DNA from: Chiloscyllium plagiosum
Taxonomy: Eukaryota
Direction: 5' to 3'
Assembly (NCBI RefSeq): GCF_004010195.1
Contig: NC_057752.1
Coordinates: forward strand, 603,908 to 667,907
DNA length: 64,000 nucleotides
A program made the position numbers and the translations under genes. Below are positions 26,399-40,350 of the stretch, one piece after another. The notes under the pieces are model-generated. The model did not search any database. It saw only the letters and a program-made list of their open reading frames with translations, and was not told the DNA's origin. Numbering within the stretch: position 1 is the first letter of the stretch; each line of letters starts with the position of its first letter.

Positions 26399-29266
26399 CT
26401 GGAAGAGAAAGGGGAATAAGTGTTATGTCCAAATAACATTGCAATTCACTGTATTCTGGAATGGCACTGACATGCTTAAAAAAAAAAGGAACAAGTGTCA
26501 TAAGTCCTCAAGACTTCCCAAAACATTTTACAACTATGACAAGTTTTTGCAGTGCAGTCACTGGTTAGTCATCAGGCATCCACACCACACTTTTCAACAG
26601 GGGTCACTAGACTAAGAAAGAACTCACCAAACCAAGGCAAAGGCCAGTAATGGTGGCCGAAATGGGCTCTTATGGTGCAGTCCCTACCTTTGAGCCAGGA
26701 GGCCTGGGTTCAAAACCCATCTGCTCTCGGTGCAATAACATCCCTGAACAGTTTGATTAGAAATTATCAGTAATGGTACCCTAACCACCAACCCCAATCC
26801 AGCAGAGCAGAATCAGTCAATGAATCAGATTTTCTCCAGTCTACATGATCCATGATCTGACTTGACGCACCAATAGTGGTCTCTTGTATGTTCCATCCAC
26901 TTTATCATTATGTACAGTCGATTTTCAGCCAAACCTGCTTATCCCTCTTGTACCTAGTACATCTCCTTGAGATGTTGGTGTTAAAGTACAGAACTTATAG
27001 AAATGCAAACCATTGTTGTATGACTGTGCAAAAGTACGATCCTTTGCTCCAGCCTCAATGTCAATTACACGGCTAAGCATTTGAAACACCCAAGATCACC
27101 ATATTGCATAAATTGACCAGGCAAAGGCTAATGCCTTGAGTTATGAAACAGCATTCAAACCTAATCAGTGTTAAGAGTTGCTTTAATGTGTTAAGAAATC
27201 TCTTAAATGTAGTTATTTATTCGTAATTAGATCTTCCATTGTTTTCCGATTTGTTTATGCAAAATTGCTCTCCACATAAAATCTATGCCTATCCTATCTA
27301 TATTTGTAACCACAGTCTCAGCTACGCTAGTCACAACTTCAGTGTATCACTTACAACTGCAAACTAAAGACAAACTTCCTCAGCCTGGGTCTCCATTCAC
27401 CACAACAGTTTTGTCGCTGTTGATCTGCCTGTCTTTCATTGTCTCCTGGCCTTCAGATTTAAAATTCTCATCCTAGTGCTCCCTCATTTCTGTCAACTCC
27501 TCAAGGCCTACAGCTCCCCAGCATCACACACTGTTCCTTTATTTGACTGTCATAATTACTCCCTCCTCTTTTCCATTGGTGGCTGTACCTTTAGCCATTG
27601 GGCCCCATAATCAGGAATTTCTTTCTCAAACTGCCTCTCCTCTTAAAAATACATCACTTTTACCAAGACTTTCTTCAGCCCTTCTGGAATCTCCATTCGG
27701 GTATTTTTGACAAATTACATTCCTGATGGTCTTAGGATGTTCTTTAAGCTTGGTGGGGCTATGAAAATGCAAGTAGTCATTACCATGACTCAGTTAAGTA
27801 TATTTTAAGTGCGTGCTAAAAGTGTGGATGTTTGTTTCAGCTTTGATGCTATTTCAATGCAATAAGGCCACCAGAATGTTGGCATCCAGTTAGAAATTAA
27901 GGATCAGTCCAAGTCAAATGAATGAGGTCTGGGGGCATTCAAATATAGTGCCCATTATACATGTATTGCAGTGGTGATTCCATTATCAAACTGCTACAGT
28001 GTACATGTGAACATTTGTGAAGGTCAATGTAACTGTTTTGTGCCATGATAAGTCCTTTGCCTTCTTTAAGATTGCAACAGCCATGAGGATTTCCACATGG
28101 GTCCAAAACTTGTGTTTCAAAAAAAATGTACAAATCTTTGAATATAACCAAATTTCACAATTCAAAAGAATGACAAGATATACAGAACAGAAATTACTGA
28201 CTTTCTTTTGTTGAGTCCTGCTAAGTCTTTTTCATGCAATTATACACCTGACTGCTTCCTCTTCACAGCAAGCAATCAGTTCCATTCTTTTACAGCTACC
28301 TCTTTGGAGAGGATGCAATCACAGACATAAGTTAAGTCAAAATGCTCAAGGTGACATTATACACCAAATGGCACCTCTTGAATCTTTCATTTAACAATGG
28401 AAATTTGAATAACCACCAGAGCTTATCCACAGCTGCAGAACTTTTGATTTTGAAATAATAACACATTGATCTTTTAATATAACTATTCACAACTCCAAAC
28501 AGAAAGGAAGGGTATTTCCCTTACCAGGTCTTTCAACTTTCCAAGGGAAAAGCTGTGATATAACAAAACATCCATTAACATTATAGCAAAAATTTGAAGC
28601 AATGTTTGACCTAACCATGAATTGGTAGAGTGAGAGTACAATAATGGGTATAGGATTATCTGAACCAGAGTGCATCACAAGGCAATCATAGCATTGAAAC
28701 TACATGTAAGAATAGAGCTCAGTTTACCAATTATTCTGACTGGTGTTAAACAAACTGTATAATGCCACACTCCAATCACCAGTCGGAAAGCTTAGTTCAA
28801 CTTTGTTCATATTTTGCCGAACTATTAATGGTGCTATTAATAGTTACTGTTGATAAGCTATTTGATCACAGTATACATTATAGTTAAGACTGGCTACTTG
28901 GTGTCCACTTCTGACCTTTCAACAGGGGTCAAATAATAGCAATCAGCAAGTCCATTTTCCCTAACCCATGGGTACTAAGGCCAATTGCAGCATGCCTACC
29001 ACTGCCTCAATTGAGCTGAGCCAACTCAGCACAGAGCAGGGACAGAACTGACAGCCTCACCTCAGTTAATTCCACACAAACTTGCTGAGCTGTCAAAACA
29101 TGCCAGTTTCACAGTCTTCTTTAGGACAGTCCCTGGTCTTTGAACTATACAGGCTGTCAGCAGATAAAATATCAAACTACCTCATCAGGTTGAATCAAAG
29201 TTGTAAATCAAATGGATACAAAATCTACATTCTCCATAAACTGTATATACCCAATGCATCAATTTA

Positions 29267-29562
29267 GGGCAGCACGGTGGCTAGCACTGCTGCCTCACAG
29301 CACCAGAGACCCAGGTTCAATTCCTGCCTCAGGTGACTGTGTGTGGAGTTTGCACGTTCTCCCCGTGTCTTTGTGGGTTTCCTCTGGGTGCTCTGGTTTC
29401 CTTCCACAATCCAAAAAACGTGCAGGTTAGGTGATTGGACCATGCTAAATTGCCCGTAGTGTTAGGTAAATGGGTCTGGGTGGGTTGTGCTTCGGCAGGT
29501 TGGTGTGGACTTGTTGAGCCGAAGGGCCTGTTTTCACACTGTAAGCAATCTAATCAATCTAA
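29267..29562 (+). mobile_element. HE1-type tRNA-derived V-SINE
   Basis: A-box/B-box head (gcacggtgg..ggttcaattcc), V-domain (gtggagtttgcacgttctcccc) and (aatct)n tail. Confidence 0.9.
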
Positions 29563-30289
29563 GAAATATTACAACATAGAAGCACTAACCCATATGTTAG
29601 AAATTCCACCTTCTTTGTCGGTGCAACATCGAGGGCCAAAGGGCCTGTTCTGCACTGTAAAGTTTTATGTTCTAATTCAAATTGATTAAGCTACAACATT
29701 TATTGACTCCTTCACTACAACAATTACTACATTTTAAAAGTGCTTCATCAGCAGTAGTGTGCTCAGGCTGAGAAATACATGACATATGCATAAGGCATTA
29801 GAAAGAGAGGCTGTACACCAAGATCAGATCATATGCATTCTAGGATATTTAGGGAACAGTGAAAATTGCAAAGGTACTGGCTATGTCATCCAATTTTCCT
29901 TAGTTACTGCACTGATGCCAAATAAATGGAGAATTGTAAATGTTCAAAATAACATTCAGAAATAAATCCAGCAAAGATTTTTTATCCTCAGCACTGGGAA
30001 AACGTTTAGAAATAATAATCCAGGACACAATTAACATCCAATTAGACAAATGTGGATTAATCAATAAAAGGTTATACAGATGTGATCAGAGAAATTATTT
30101 CCATTGTTCTCTGGTTCTTGACCACCAACTGAAGGTGAAGACAAAGGAACCATAATTGACTAAAGGAAAAACAATTTACAGAGCTAGTGGTTAGAATTTG
30201 GAATTTACTACAAGCGTATGACAGAAGCAGTTCAATCGTAACTTTCAAAATGCAGCTGGATTATTTGAGTATATTTTTAAAAAAAAGGC

Positions 30290-31000
30290 TGCGAGAAAAA
30301 GGTGAAGGAGTGGAAACGATTTGCTTGCCGAAAACCAGCAACCAAGATTAGCCAAACGGCCTCTCGCGCCGTAAACGTTCTCGGATCCGGTATTTCTTGT
30401 TGCTACATGTCACAGTTGGTGGAGGATGTTGTTGCGCATGCTCTGGATCCTTAGTCGGGATTGTTTGGTCCAAATGCTATCTCAGAAGCTTAAAGATCAC
30501 ACAAACTTCCAGCGACACAACGCGACCCCCTCCCCTCGTACCCGCTCCACTTACTATGTACACGACATTTAAAGCAATTAGCGCATTCTTGGAACAGGTG
30601 AAACCACCGCAAACCATTCTCACTGCCGCCTGTATATCTGCTAACTGCTTCTTTCTCTCAGCCACTTGCTAATATCTCTTAGGCCCCGATGCCACCGTCA
30701 TTCGCGACGCAGTTTGAGTCCCACCTCTCGCAAATCATTGGTACTCGCTATAGTCCCGTGACAGTCACTCTAATGTTTCATTTGATTACTTGCCTGTCAG
30801 TCATCCGGACTACTAAAAACTACGCGTTTGTCTAACCTTTCGTAATGCTCGTTTACTGATTGGACAATTTCCATTGATGACAAAGTGGTCCCTGAAGGGA
30901 CGTGTCGGAATCCCGCTTACGTATTGGTTGTCTTGACTGTCAATCACGTTGCTGTTAGAGGGAAAGGTCCTGTTATCATGGACTCGCCATTTAATAAATG
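30290..31000. promoter_or_regulatory. CpG-rich TSPAN31 promoter/first-exon region, possibly bidirectional
   Basis: Locally high CpG density. CCAAT boxes on - at 30737-30741, 30859-30863 and 30923-30927. PBX-PREP/MEIS-type decamers TGATTGACAG (30937-30946, -) and TGACTGACAG (30794-30803, -). Confidence 0.7.
30555..30617 (-). CDS. TSPAN31: Tetraspanin-31 coding exon 1 (MVCGGFTCSKNALIALNVVYI)
   Basis: ATG at 30617, followed after 63 nt by donor GTAAGT. The KNAL..LNVVY motif fits TSPAN31 rather than TSPAN13. Lies in a CpG-rich region. Confidence 0.93.
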
Positions 31001-31634
31001 GTCTCGCTGAGATGACAAAAAAGTTATTTCTTAACGGGAAGGTTAAAGGGTTTAATTAAGTGAAACGACTCTTTTATAATAATAGAGTTGATATCAAACA
31101 TTAAGTTTTCTTTACAACTATTGCCTGACCAGTTGTATGCATTTCATCATAGAGTAAACGCTACGCTTTCTTAACCTCACGCAAACATCTCAACGAGCGC
31201 GAGTTTACCAGGAAAAGAGCTTAAGTTAACATTTGTACTTTTTTTCTCTCAGCGAAGGAGACCGAATGAAAACTGAAGCGTGACTAAATGGAGCTCTTTT
31301 AAGGTTATGGAAGTTTTTGATAAGATACGTTTTGAGAAGATGTTTCTACTTACTGAGGAAGATCAGAGCTGGGAAGATAAATATAAGATTGTTACCAATA
31401 AATCCAATAGCAGCTTCTTTACCCAGAGAACGATGAGAATATAGGACTCGATGTTAAGGTAAATATGATGTGGAGGAGCCGCTGTTGGACTGGGGTAGAC
31501 GAAGTTAAGAATCACACAACACCAAGTTATAGTCCCAACAGGTTTATTCGGAAGCACTCATAAAACACAGAATTTATACCAAAAGATTACAGTGTCATGC
31601 AACTAAAATTATATATTAAACAAACCTAGATTGT

Positions 31635-31805
31635 GGATGTAAATTTGCTCACTGAGCTGGAAGGTTCATTTTCAGATGTTTCGTCACCATACTAGGTAAC
31701 ATCATCAGTAAGCCTCACTGGAAGCTCATGATGTTACCAAGTATGGTGACAAAATGTCTGAAAACTAACCTCAACCTGAGCTACAAATCTTCTCAAAACT
31801 CGCTA
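31635..31805. mobile_element. Nested fold-back hammerhead-bearing insertion
   Basis: TSD aaacctagattgt (31622-31634 and 31806-31818); CTGATGA-T-GTTACC tagtat GGTGAC-GAAAC on -. Confidence 0.8.
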
Positions 31806-32210
31806 AAACCTAGATTGTTGTTAAGTCTTTCATCTTTTAGAATAGGTTGCAGGTTTTGGATCATTAGTATGAAAATCCCAGAACTTCTTTTAAGTCACAT
31901 TCTCCTGGATGTATGTTTGCTCACTGAGTTGGAAGGTTCATTTTCAGATGTTTCATCCAGGTACTAGGTAACATTTTTAGTGAGCCTCTGGATGAAGCCT
32001 TACATTCTTCAGATAACTTAAGGTTTTATAAAAAAAGTGACATCTCAGCTCAGACAATGCATTAAAGGTGTGAGGTTAGAGTCTGTCTGTATCCCAATCT
32101 TGAGTCAGACTGATTCTATTTCTAAAGTGGAATTTACAAAATATTACATAGATTGACTGCCTGCAGATTTTGAACTTTTTGAGCAAAATGAAATGTATCT
32201 GCAAATATAT

Positions 32211-32525
32211 GGGGTGGCACAGTGGCTCAGTGGTTAGCACTGCTGCCTCACAGCACCAGGGTCCCAGGTTTGATTCTAGCCTTGGGTGACTGTCTGTGTG
32301 GAGTTTGCACATTGTCCCTGGGTCTGCGTGGGTTTCCTCTGGGTGCTGCGGTTTCCTCCCACAGTCCAAAGGTGCGCAGGTCAGGTGAATCGGCCATTCT
32401 GAATTGCCCATAATGTGTGCATTAGTCAGAGGGAAATGGGTCTGGGTGGGTTCCTCTTCGGAGGGTTGGTGTGGACTTGTTGGGCCAAAGGGCCTGTTTC
32501 CACACTGTAGGGAATCTAATCTAAA
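32211..32525 (+). mobile_element. HE1-type V-SINE inserted in the Penelope element
   Basis: Full head, V-domain and tail; flanking aaatata duplication. Confidence 0.9.
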
Positions 32526-35402
32526 TATAATCTTGCAAATACACATTCACCCTCTGGACTTGTATGTGTGTGCGCGTGAGTGCACATGAGAGATTGTGTG
32601 TTTGTGTGTGTGTGTATATGAGAGAGAGAGAGAGCACGTCTGTGTGTAAGTATGAGAGAGTGTATAGTGTAGTGGGGTCACCTGTAGTGTGACATGAACC
32701 CAAGGTACCAGTTGCGGCCATCCTCATGGGTACCGAACATGGCTATCAGCCTTTGCTTGGCCACTTTGCGTTGTTGCCTATCCCGAAGTCTGCCTTGGAG
32801 ATTGGTCACCCGAAGATCTGAGGCCAAAATAGAACCAATCTGACTCGAGATTGGGATACAGACAGACTCTAACCTCACACATTTAATATATCGTCTGAGC
32901 TGAGATGTCACCTTTTTGTTAAACTTTGTTTATCTCGAGAATGTGAGTTAAAAGAAGTTCTGGGATTTACATATTAATGAACTAAAACCTGCAACCCAAT
33001 CTTAAAAATGAAAGACTTAATAGCGATCTAGGTTTTTTCATAATATCATTTCAGTTGCATGACACTGTAATCTTTTGCTATAAATTCTGTCTTACGGACC
33101 TGCTCCACAACTACCTGATGAAGGAGCAGCGCACTGAGAGCTAGTGCTTCCAAATAAACCTGTTGGACTATAGCCTGGTGTTGTGTGATTTTTAACAAGA
33201 TAAATATTGTTGATGCAGTGAAAACAGGGAGGGAAAGTTGGATAAACACATGGAGAAAGAAAAAGATGTTGACAGGATGAGGGTCAGGTAGGATTGGGAG
33301 GTGGCTGATGTGGGACATAAACCAATTTGGCAGAACAGCCTATTTCTTTGCTATTAATTTTCTGTAACTTTAAAGCTTCCCAGATATAGAATTAGCTTTA
33401 TTGTCAAACATACTCATGAGTACAGTGTTAAGTTGACATGTCGCCACTTGTGGCACTATCTTAGGTACATATTCTAAAGTACAATTTCTTAGGGGAAGAA
33501 AAATAATAAAGAAATAAAATGCCCAGCAATAAATTAGAAAAATAGAGAAATAACAGTAATTCCAACCCATAACCCACGGGGCTTCACCTTGTGGCCGGGA
33601 GTCAGGGTTCACGCTGAGGCTGGGAGTCGGTACTGGCTTCCGCCCCAGACAATGCTGCCCAAGGATGGGAGGTAAAAAATAATTCAAAAAGAGAGAGGAA
33701 AAAAAGAAAAGAAACAGACACACTCTGGCTCTGAAGTCCTACTCTGCTGCCATTCTTGTAGAAGAATCATCTGAATTACTGTACATCAAACAGAGTTAAA
33801 ACTGTGTCCTGCACATGTGAATTGGGAGCAAGAATAAATTATTTTGTTCCTCAAGCCTGTACCACCATTCAATAGGATCATTGTTGATCTGATTTATGGC
33901 CATAGCTTCACATTCCCAGCTACCTAAATAACCTTTGACTTCCTTGTTAATCAATAACCTACAGTATATACTTATATTATGTGCTGTTTCAGAAATAGTT
34001 TACGCCTGAGGCACATTCCTAGAAAAGGATTGCTTGTAAATGAGCAAATCCTGGGCCTAATAGCTCTCAACTATTGAATTGCTCTCCTAATAGTTGATAA
34101 TTCCAGCAAAAATATTAAGCAATATTAATGAAAAACCGAATTAGCTATTTTCCATTTCTACACCTGTAAAGAACATGCAAATAAACAGTTTTGAATGTTT
34201 CATATGTTATGCAAAAAGGCCTGGTTCATTGTGGCTTAAAATGGCATTTGTTTTTTTTTTAATGCTTTGCATTATGGGATTTTTAAAGCTCTGTATTTCG
34301 GAAAGCATTTCCTGTAATTCCATTTATTGGATATTTTCTATTTTAACTATTTTCTGGTAATCTTGATCCTAATTTGATCTTTAATTAAAGATCCATAGAA
34401 TACTTACTTTCACAAATGCTAACTGGCCTGATTGTAAAGTACCTGCAGTACTTGACAGTGCAATAGGTGATGATGTGCAAGTATTTGTCACTTTATATGA
34501 CACATATTTTACAGTCTGTTGCCCTAAGGGTACATGGAGTTCCCACAGCTGACGCCAAAGTCCTTCTGATTCTTTTTCAGCTTTTTAAAATTGTTACAAG
34601 ATATTTCTAGTGTCCAAAATCATAAAATTAAACCAAAACATACAGGCTTCTCAAAAACCTGTTTAAATTTACCCAGTCCTTTTGGTATTTTTATGCCTTC
34701 CTTAAAGATTTTACTTGAAGGTCTCAGCTTCTCCCAAAGACCTGTGCTTGGATTTGATAATTTGAACTTAAACTGTGATACTAATCTGAACTTGGATTGT
34801 GCGTTCTGAGCATCTTTTAAATGATTCGTTATTTGTGTTCTTTATTCTTCTTCAGCTTCTTACACTTTCTGCATAGTTTTCATGATGGTGAATGATAAGA
34901 GGAAACATATTACCAACCTTACTGAACACACTGAGGTAAAATTTGAGATTTCTTTGCTGTGAGATAAAGAAAGAGCCAACTGTGTTTTAATTATACTTTT
35001 TTTATAAACCATTTTACAAACTTATGAACCATATTTAACTGAGGGTGTTACAGAGGGAGACTGGATTGAAAGAAAGCGAGTAAGAGGCTTAGGTCAGAGC
35101 ATGGGAGAGTTTAATTCCTCCAAATTGATTTTTTTAAAAGAAAAAGACCAGTTCAATATGGAAAACATGTGAAAGCAAAAGGAAACAGCAAGAGATTGGA
35201 AGGGAGATGTGATAATAGTTGAATGTGAGGAGGCTATCAGCAAACCACCTCGAAGGAAATGTGTGAGAGTGGATGGAGACTTGAGAGAAAACCAGCTGCA
35301 ATAGCTTAAAGGAGAGTGGCAGATACAGGGGTTGTGTGTAGTTCAAAGGGAAAGAGGTACATGTTGAGGGAACAGGTGGTAGCAAGAGTCTTAAGTAATG
35401 GG

Positions 35403-36960
35403 AGTCATAGAGTCATAGAGATGTACAGCATGGAAACACATCCTTCAGTCCAACTTGTCCATGCCGACCAGATATCCTAAATTAATCTAGTCCCATTTGC
35501 CAGCATTTAGCCCCTATCCCTCTAAACCTTTCCAATTCATATACCTATCCAGATGCCTTTTAAATGATGTAATTGTACAAGGCTTCGTGTGGCAGTTCAA
35601 TCCATACATGCACCACCCTCTGCGTGAAAGAATTGCCCCATCGGTCCCTTTTAACTCTTTCCCCTCACACCTTAAACCTATGTCCTCAAGTTTTGGACTC
35701 CCTTACCCTGCGGATAAGACCTTGACTGTTCACCCTATCCATGCCCCTAATGATTTTATAAACCTCTATTAGGTCACCCCCTAGCCTCTCATACTCCAGG
35801 GAAAATAGCTCCAGCTTATTCAGGCTATAGCTCAAACCCTTCAACCCAGGCAATATTTTTTTCTGAAATCTTCTCAAGTTTAACAAACTCTTTCCTATAG
35901 CAGGGAGACCAGAATTGAATGCAGTTTTCCAAAAGTGGCCTCACCAATGTCCTTTACAGCTGCAACATGATCTCCTAACTCCTATATTCACGGAGCTGAC
36001 AAAAAAAAAGGCAAGTGTATCAAACGCCGCCTGTCTACCTGTGATTCCACTTTCAAGGAACTATGAACCTGCAGTCTGCACTCTCCTTGTTCAGCAACAC
36101 ACCCCGGAACCTTACCATTAAGTGTATAAGTCCTGCCCTGATATGCCCTACCAGAATGTAGCACCTTGATTGGGATCTGGATTAAACTCCATCTGCCACC
36201 TCTCTGGTCATCAGTCCATCTGATCAAGGTACTCTGAGGTAACCTTCTTCACTGTCCACTACACCACAAATTTCGGTGTCATCCGCAACTTTACTAACCA
36301 AACCTCCTATATTCACATCCAAATCATTTATATAAATGACAAAAAGCAGTGGACCCAGCACTGAACCCTGTAACACAACGCTGGTCATGGAACTCCAGTC
36401 CAAAAAGTAGCTCTCCACTCACTGTTTCCTATGTTCAAGCCAATTTTGTATCCAAATGGATAGTTCTCCCTGTATTCCATGTAATCTAACCTTGTTAACC
36501 AGTCTACTACGCAGAGATTGTTGGACACCTTGCAGAAATCTATATAGACTGTGTCCACGGCTCTGCATTAAGCCGCTTTGTCACTTCTTCAAAAAACTCA
36601 ATCAATTTAGTGAGGCACAATTTCCCATGCACAAAGCCATATTGACTATCCCATTCAATCCTTGCATTTTCAAATGCATGTAAATTGTGTCCCTCAGAAT
36701 CTCCTTCAACAACTTGCCTGAATCACTGATGTCAGGCTCACTGGTCTACAGTTCCATGGCTTTTCCTTACCACCTTTCTTCAATAATGGCACCACGTTAG
36801 CCAACCTCCAGTCTTCCAGCACCTTACCCTTGGCTATTGATGATACAAATATCTCAGCAAGGGGCCTAGCAATCACTTTGCTGGCTTGCCACAAAGTTGT
36901 GGGTATACCTGATCCGATCCCAGGGATTTATCCATCTTTATCTGTTTTAAGACATCCACT
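35403..36960 (-). mobile_element. CR1 LINE 3' portion
   Basis: QGSVLGPLLF and KVADDT peptides; (gagtcata)n tail. Confidence 0.9.
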
Positions 36961-38699
36961 TTTCAAGATATCAGTATTTATTTCCCCAGGTTTGTGAATT
37001 GAAGATAAAAGGATAAAGATGCAATGGGCTGAGGCGGATATGAGTGTTATGGGGAAAGGGAGTTAGGGCCACCTCAGATTAAGCTATTGGACAGGGAGTG
37101 GGAATTGCCAGATGAACTAATGGTAGGAATCTCACTACCTGAACATTCTGATATTCTCTGCCATAATCTTGTCCAATTTTGGGTGGGATTCTGGAGCAAA
37201 ATTCCTTTTTTTGCTGCTGTGTTTGCATGGATTCACTTTCTGTACAAACATTGTTCCTGTTGTATTTTGTAATTTTTAAAAATCAATTTCTTCTCTTTAT
37301 TAATTCTTATTAATATGTGTAAACCGGTCACACTCATTTCTGTCCAACCTGTAGGTTTCCCAAATTGCTATAATTTTATTAAATTTAATTACCAGTAATT
37401 ATAATGCAAAATTCTGGTAGAATATCTGCCTTGAAATGGGGTTTGAATTCCATCTCTGCACCGACCGGTCCAGTTATGACTGGCCTTATAACCCCATTTT
37501 ACCTGAAGACTACAGTTGACTCCCCATGTGCATTGCCACAACTTGTCACCTAGCAGACAAATTAAACAAAATGTTTCTTACGATCTGAATTTGCCAGAGC
37601 TGATATGATCAATAGACTTTGACCATGTGGCAGTCAGTGAGTACATGAAGCACACAAAAGGATCTTGCATCTGCACAAGCTGTCAGCACGTTTGGGTCTG
37701 GATATATTAATGTGAATATTATTTCACCGATTTAGGGTGATGTTTGTTTTTGTGAAAATGAAATTTAAATTAAATGCAAGGCAAATGCTTTTTTTAGCCT
37801 TGTTCTTAAAATTATAATTATCAGCACTTCTATTGTTTTGTTGTTGCAGGAATTCAATAGTTCAGCCAGCAATATGTTCCACCAAGAGCTAGAAACTGCA
37901 AATGATGTAAGTCCGAAATAAAAATGTTTACTCATAACTTTTTGTCAGTGGTATCCTCTTCTTGAAATCGTTTTAGGAATGCTCTGGTCACCACATCAGC
38001 TGGAACCAAAAAGAAATATTTATAACTCCAAATTATTAATTGTCTATAACTACTCTTTCAAGGTTTGATATTATTTTGGCCTCCTTTCCTGTGTGGTTGA
38101 TGATCTATGATAGGGAAGCCAGATTGTCAATTATCACCTCTTATGTCATTATTTATATTGAATGATAAGTTCCACTTCCCCATACCCCATTCACCAAAAC
38201 AAATATATTAACAGAGTTATACTTTGAGTTGATGGTTAATCTGTTGTTTAAAGCTGTGTTTAAATTAATGACTTGCTCATGTAACTGAGAAACTACTAAT
38301 AACTACGAGAACCCTTATACAATGAACATGTAATCTCTCCAAGATAGGTTTTGAACCCAAACCATGCTTTGCCTCTGGCAAGTGATAGGACCCTCCAATA
38401 ATTAGACTTTTTTTTAAAAGATGATAAATTATAAATGTATCATTCTTCCTGCAGCCCTTTAGTTTCTGTTTTTACTACCAAATTAAAATATAGCTAGTTC
38501 TGCCAACAGTCAGATTTTTATCTAAAAACAGCTGTCTCCAGGAGGTCTGCTTGGAAAGGTAGTGTTGGAAATCTTAACTACTCTCAGAAAGATCCGTTTG
38601 CCTTTAAATTAAACTCCTTAAAATAGATAATGGCTACATAGTTGACAATGAATAAGAGCAGAAAACCCCTGCTATTGACTAAGCTGTTTACTTACCCAA

Positions 38700-40350
38700 A
38701 ACATACCATCTATATACTAGAGTAACAGTTGATCTCAGAATTTCATTCTTCTTATACCTCATGTATCAGGCTACCCCCAGCTTTTATCCAAAACTTTAAA
38801 CTCTTTACTTACTGGTAAAGTTACCCTCACTCTAGTGTAAACCTACTTGATATAATCAGAAAATAGCACACCTCTGAAGGGCTAATAATAAATGTGCAAA
38901 CAGAGATAAGCCTGATATGTGGTCGCAGTTGGAAGACAAAGTTGCCAACTACAGTGTATGCCAATAAAAATCACCAGAACAGGCTTTCAGTTTCTCGAGG
39001 ATCTATCCAAATCTTCATTCTAAAAGAACAAGGAAAATTAGATATTCCAAGTTTCAAAGTCAGCTTAGATGCCAGATTTTTAAAGGCAAGCAGGATTGTA
39101 ATGAGACAAAAGACCAAGATTTTGCAGCTTGTCCCAGCAGAAGTCGATGACAGACTAAAGAATTTCCGTGGTATATAATCAAACATTGACAAAAAAATTG
39201 ATACGGATTGGCCTATATTGGGAACGTGGATAAGATCCCATGAATTTTGACATGCTGACCAGTCAAATGGTGAGCCAAATCGGAGAGGAAACAGTGAAGA
39301 CAACTGACTGTAAAAGAGTAGATTCACCATTGTACTGTTGTGTATGTCTGACAGCATAAAACTTGAGCAACTGTGATATTCAAGAGAAAATCCTTCCCAA
39401 AATACTAATTCCCAAAAGAAATAGTTGGCTAATGTTCATAAACAATGAATGGACGGAGGTGGTTTAAAATATGGTTGAGGAAAATTTGGTGGTTCCTTCC
39501 AAGAAGATTACGGAAAGAAATCAAGTCTTCTCATATGCGACATGTTCAGATCACACTTTATCAATGATGTTTTTGCTGACGTTAGATTTCAAAGGAATAA
39601 TTTTGCAGTAATTCCTGAGTAGTCTAACCAATCTTATTCAAACATTGGATGTCTTTCTAAACAGGCCCTTTCAGGATGGCATGAGAAAAATATTAAATCA
39701 CTTGATCAAAGGCAATAAGACATTTATTAAGGGTAGCATGTGGGCTCCAACGTTAGCGATGCTGTGTGAATGGGTTGTAGAGGCCCAAGATGAAAACAGA
39801 ATGGAGATTGTTGTTAAACCATTCAAGAAATGTGGGATATCAAATGCAATCTCGCTCAGAAATGATAATTTATGGAATGATATGGCTGATGACTATGTGA
39901 TTGCTAATAGTGATGATGATCCATATCACTGACATTGAAGAAGCCGATTGAGATGAGTTATTTGGTTCTGAAGTCAAGGTGAAAGGTGATTACATGATCA
40001 GAGAATGCCCTGGTGCTTAGTATTTCTATGTATTATGAAAAAACCATTTGAACTTTTGTAAATATGTATGTTAAATCTTTTGGTTTCGATGAAATTTAAT
40101 TTAGTGTACAGAAATGAATGTCACACTCTATGAAGATATTTCATAAATAAAAATATCAATAATACCTTTTGGCTTCTTTTGCAGTACTTTCAGGATTGTT
40201 GGTTACAGTCTCCAACCTGGCAACTCTGCAATAGTAAGGTGATGGGAGAGGGTGGATTTCAACCTCTCCAAAATGTTACTTGTTTAAGTCAACTTCGTAC
40301 TTTATAAACTAAAAATGTAGTCTTACAAACTTACATGAGTATATATTATC
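38700..40350 (+). mobile_element. Decayed pogo/Tigger-family DNA transposon
   Basis: Frameshifted DDE_1-like motifs (IGNVDKIP, FTIVL, DMFRSH, LDVFLNRPFQD, FKKCGISN); degenerate TIR-like ends tatatactagagt / catgagtatata. Confidence 0.75.

Larger units (their letters stand above)
31467..33193. mobile_element. Penelope-like element with inverted pLTR arrangement and nested insertions
   Basis: GIY-YIG C-terminal peptide (QRLIAMFGTHEDGRN..GFMSHY, - strand, 32678-32830). 31560-32120 is an interrupted inverted copy of 32830-33090. Hammerhead remnant at 33113-33146. Confidence 0.8.

Noticed and set aside
30555..30617. TSPAN13 instead of TSPAN31
   Set aside because: KNAL..LNVVY, the [10 protein letters not shown] tail and the CDK4/AGAP neighbours favour TSPAN31.
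30618..30665. N-terminal extension of TSPAN31 in the ORF track
   Set aside because: Starts at GTG; the conserved protein begins at MVCGGF.
40185..40238. Additional candidate exon (YFQDCWLQSPTWQLCNSK)
   Set aside because: Phase-compatible, but it lies inside the apparent pogo element boundaries and the donor is ambiguous.
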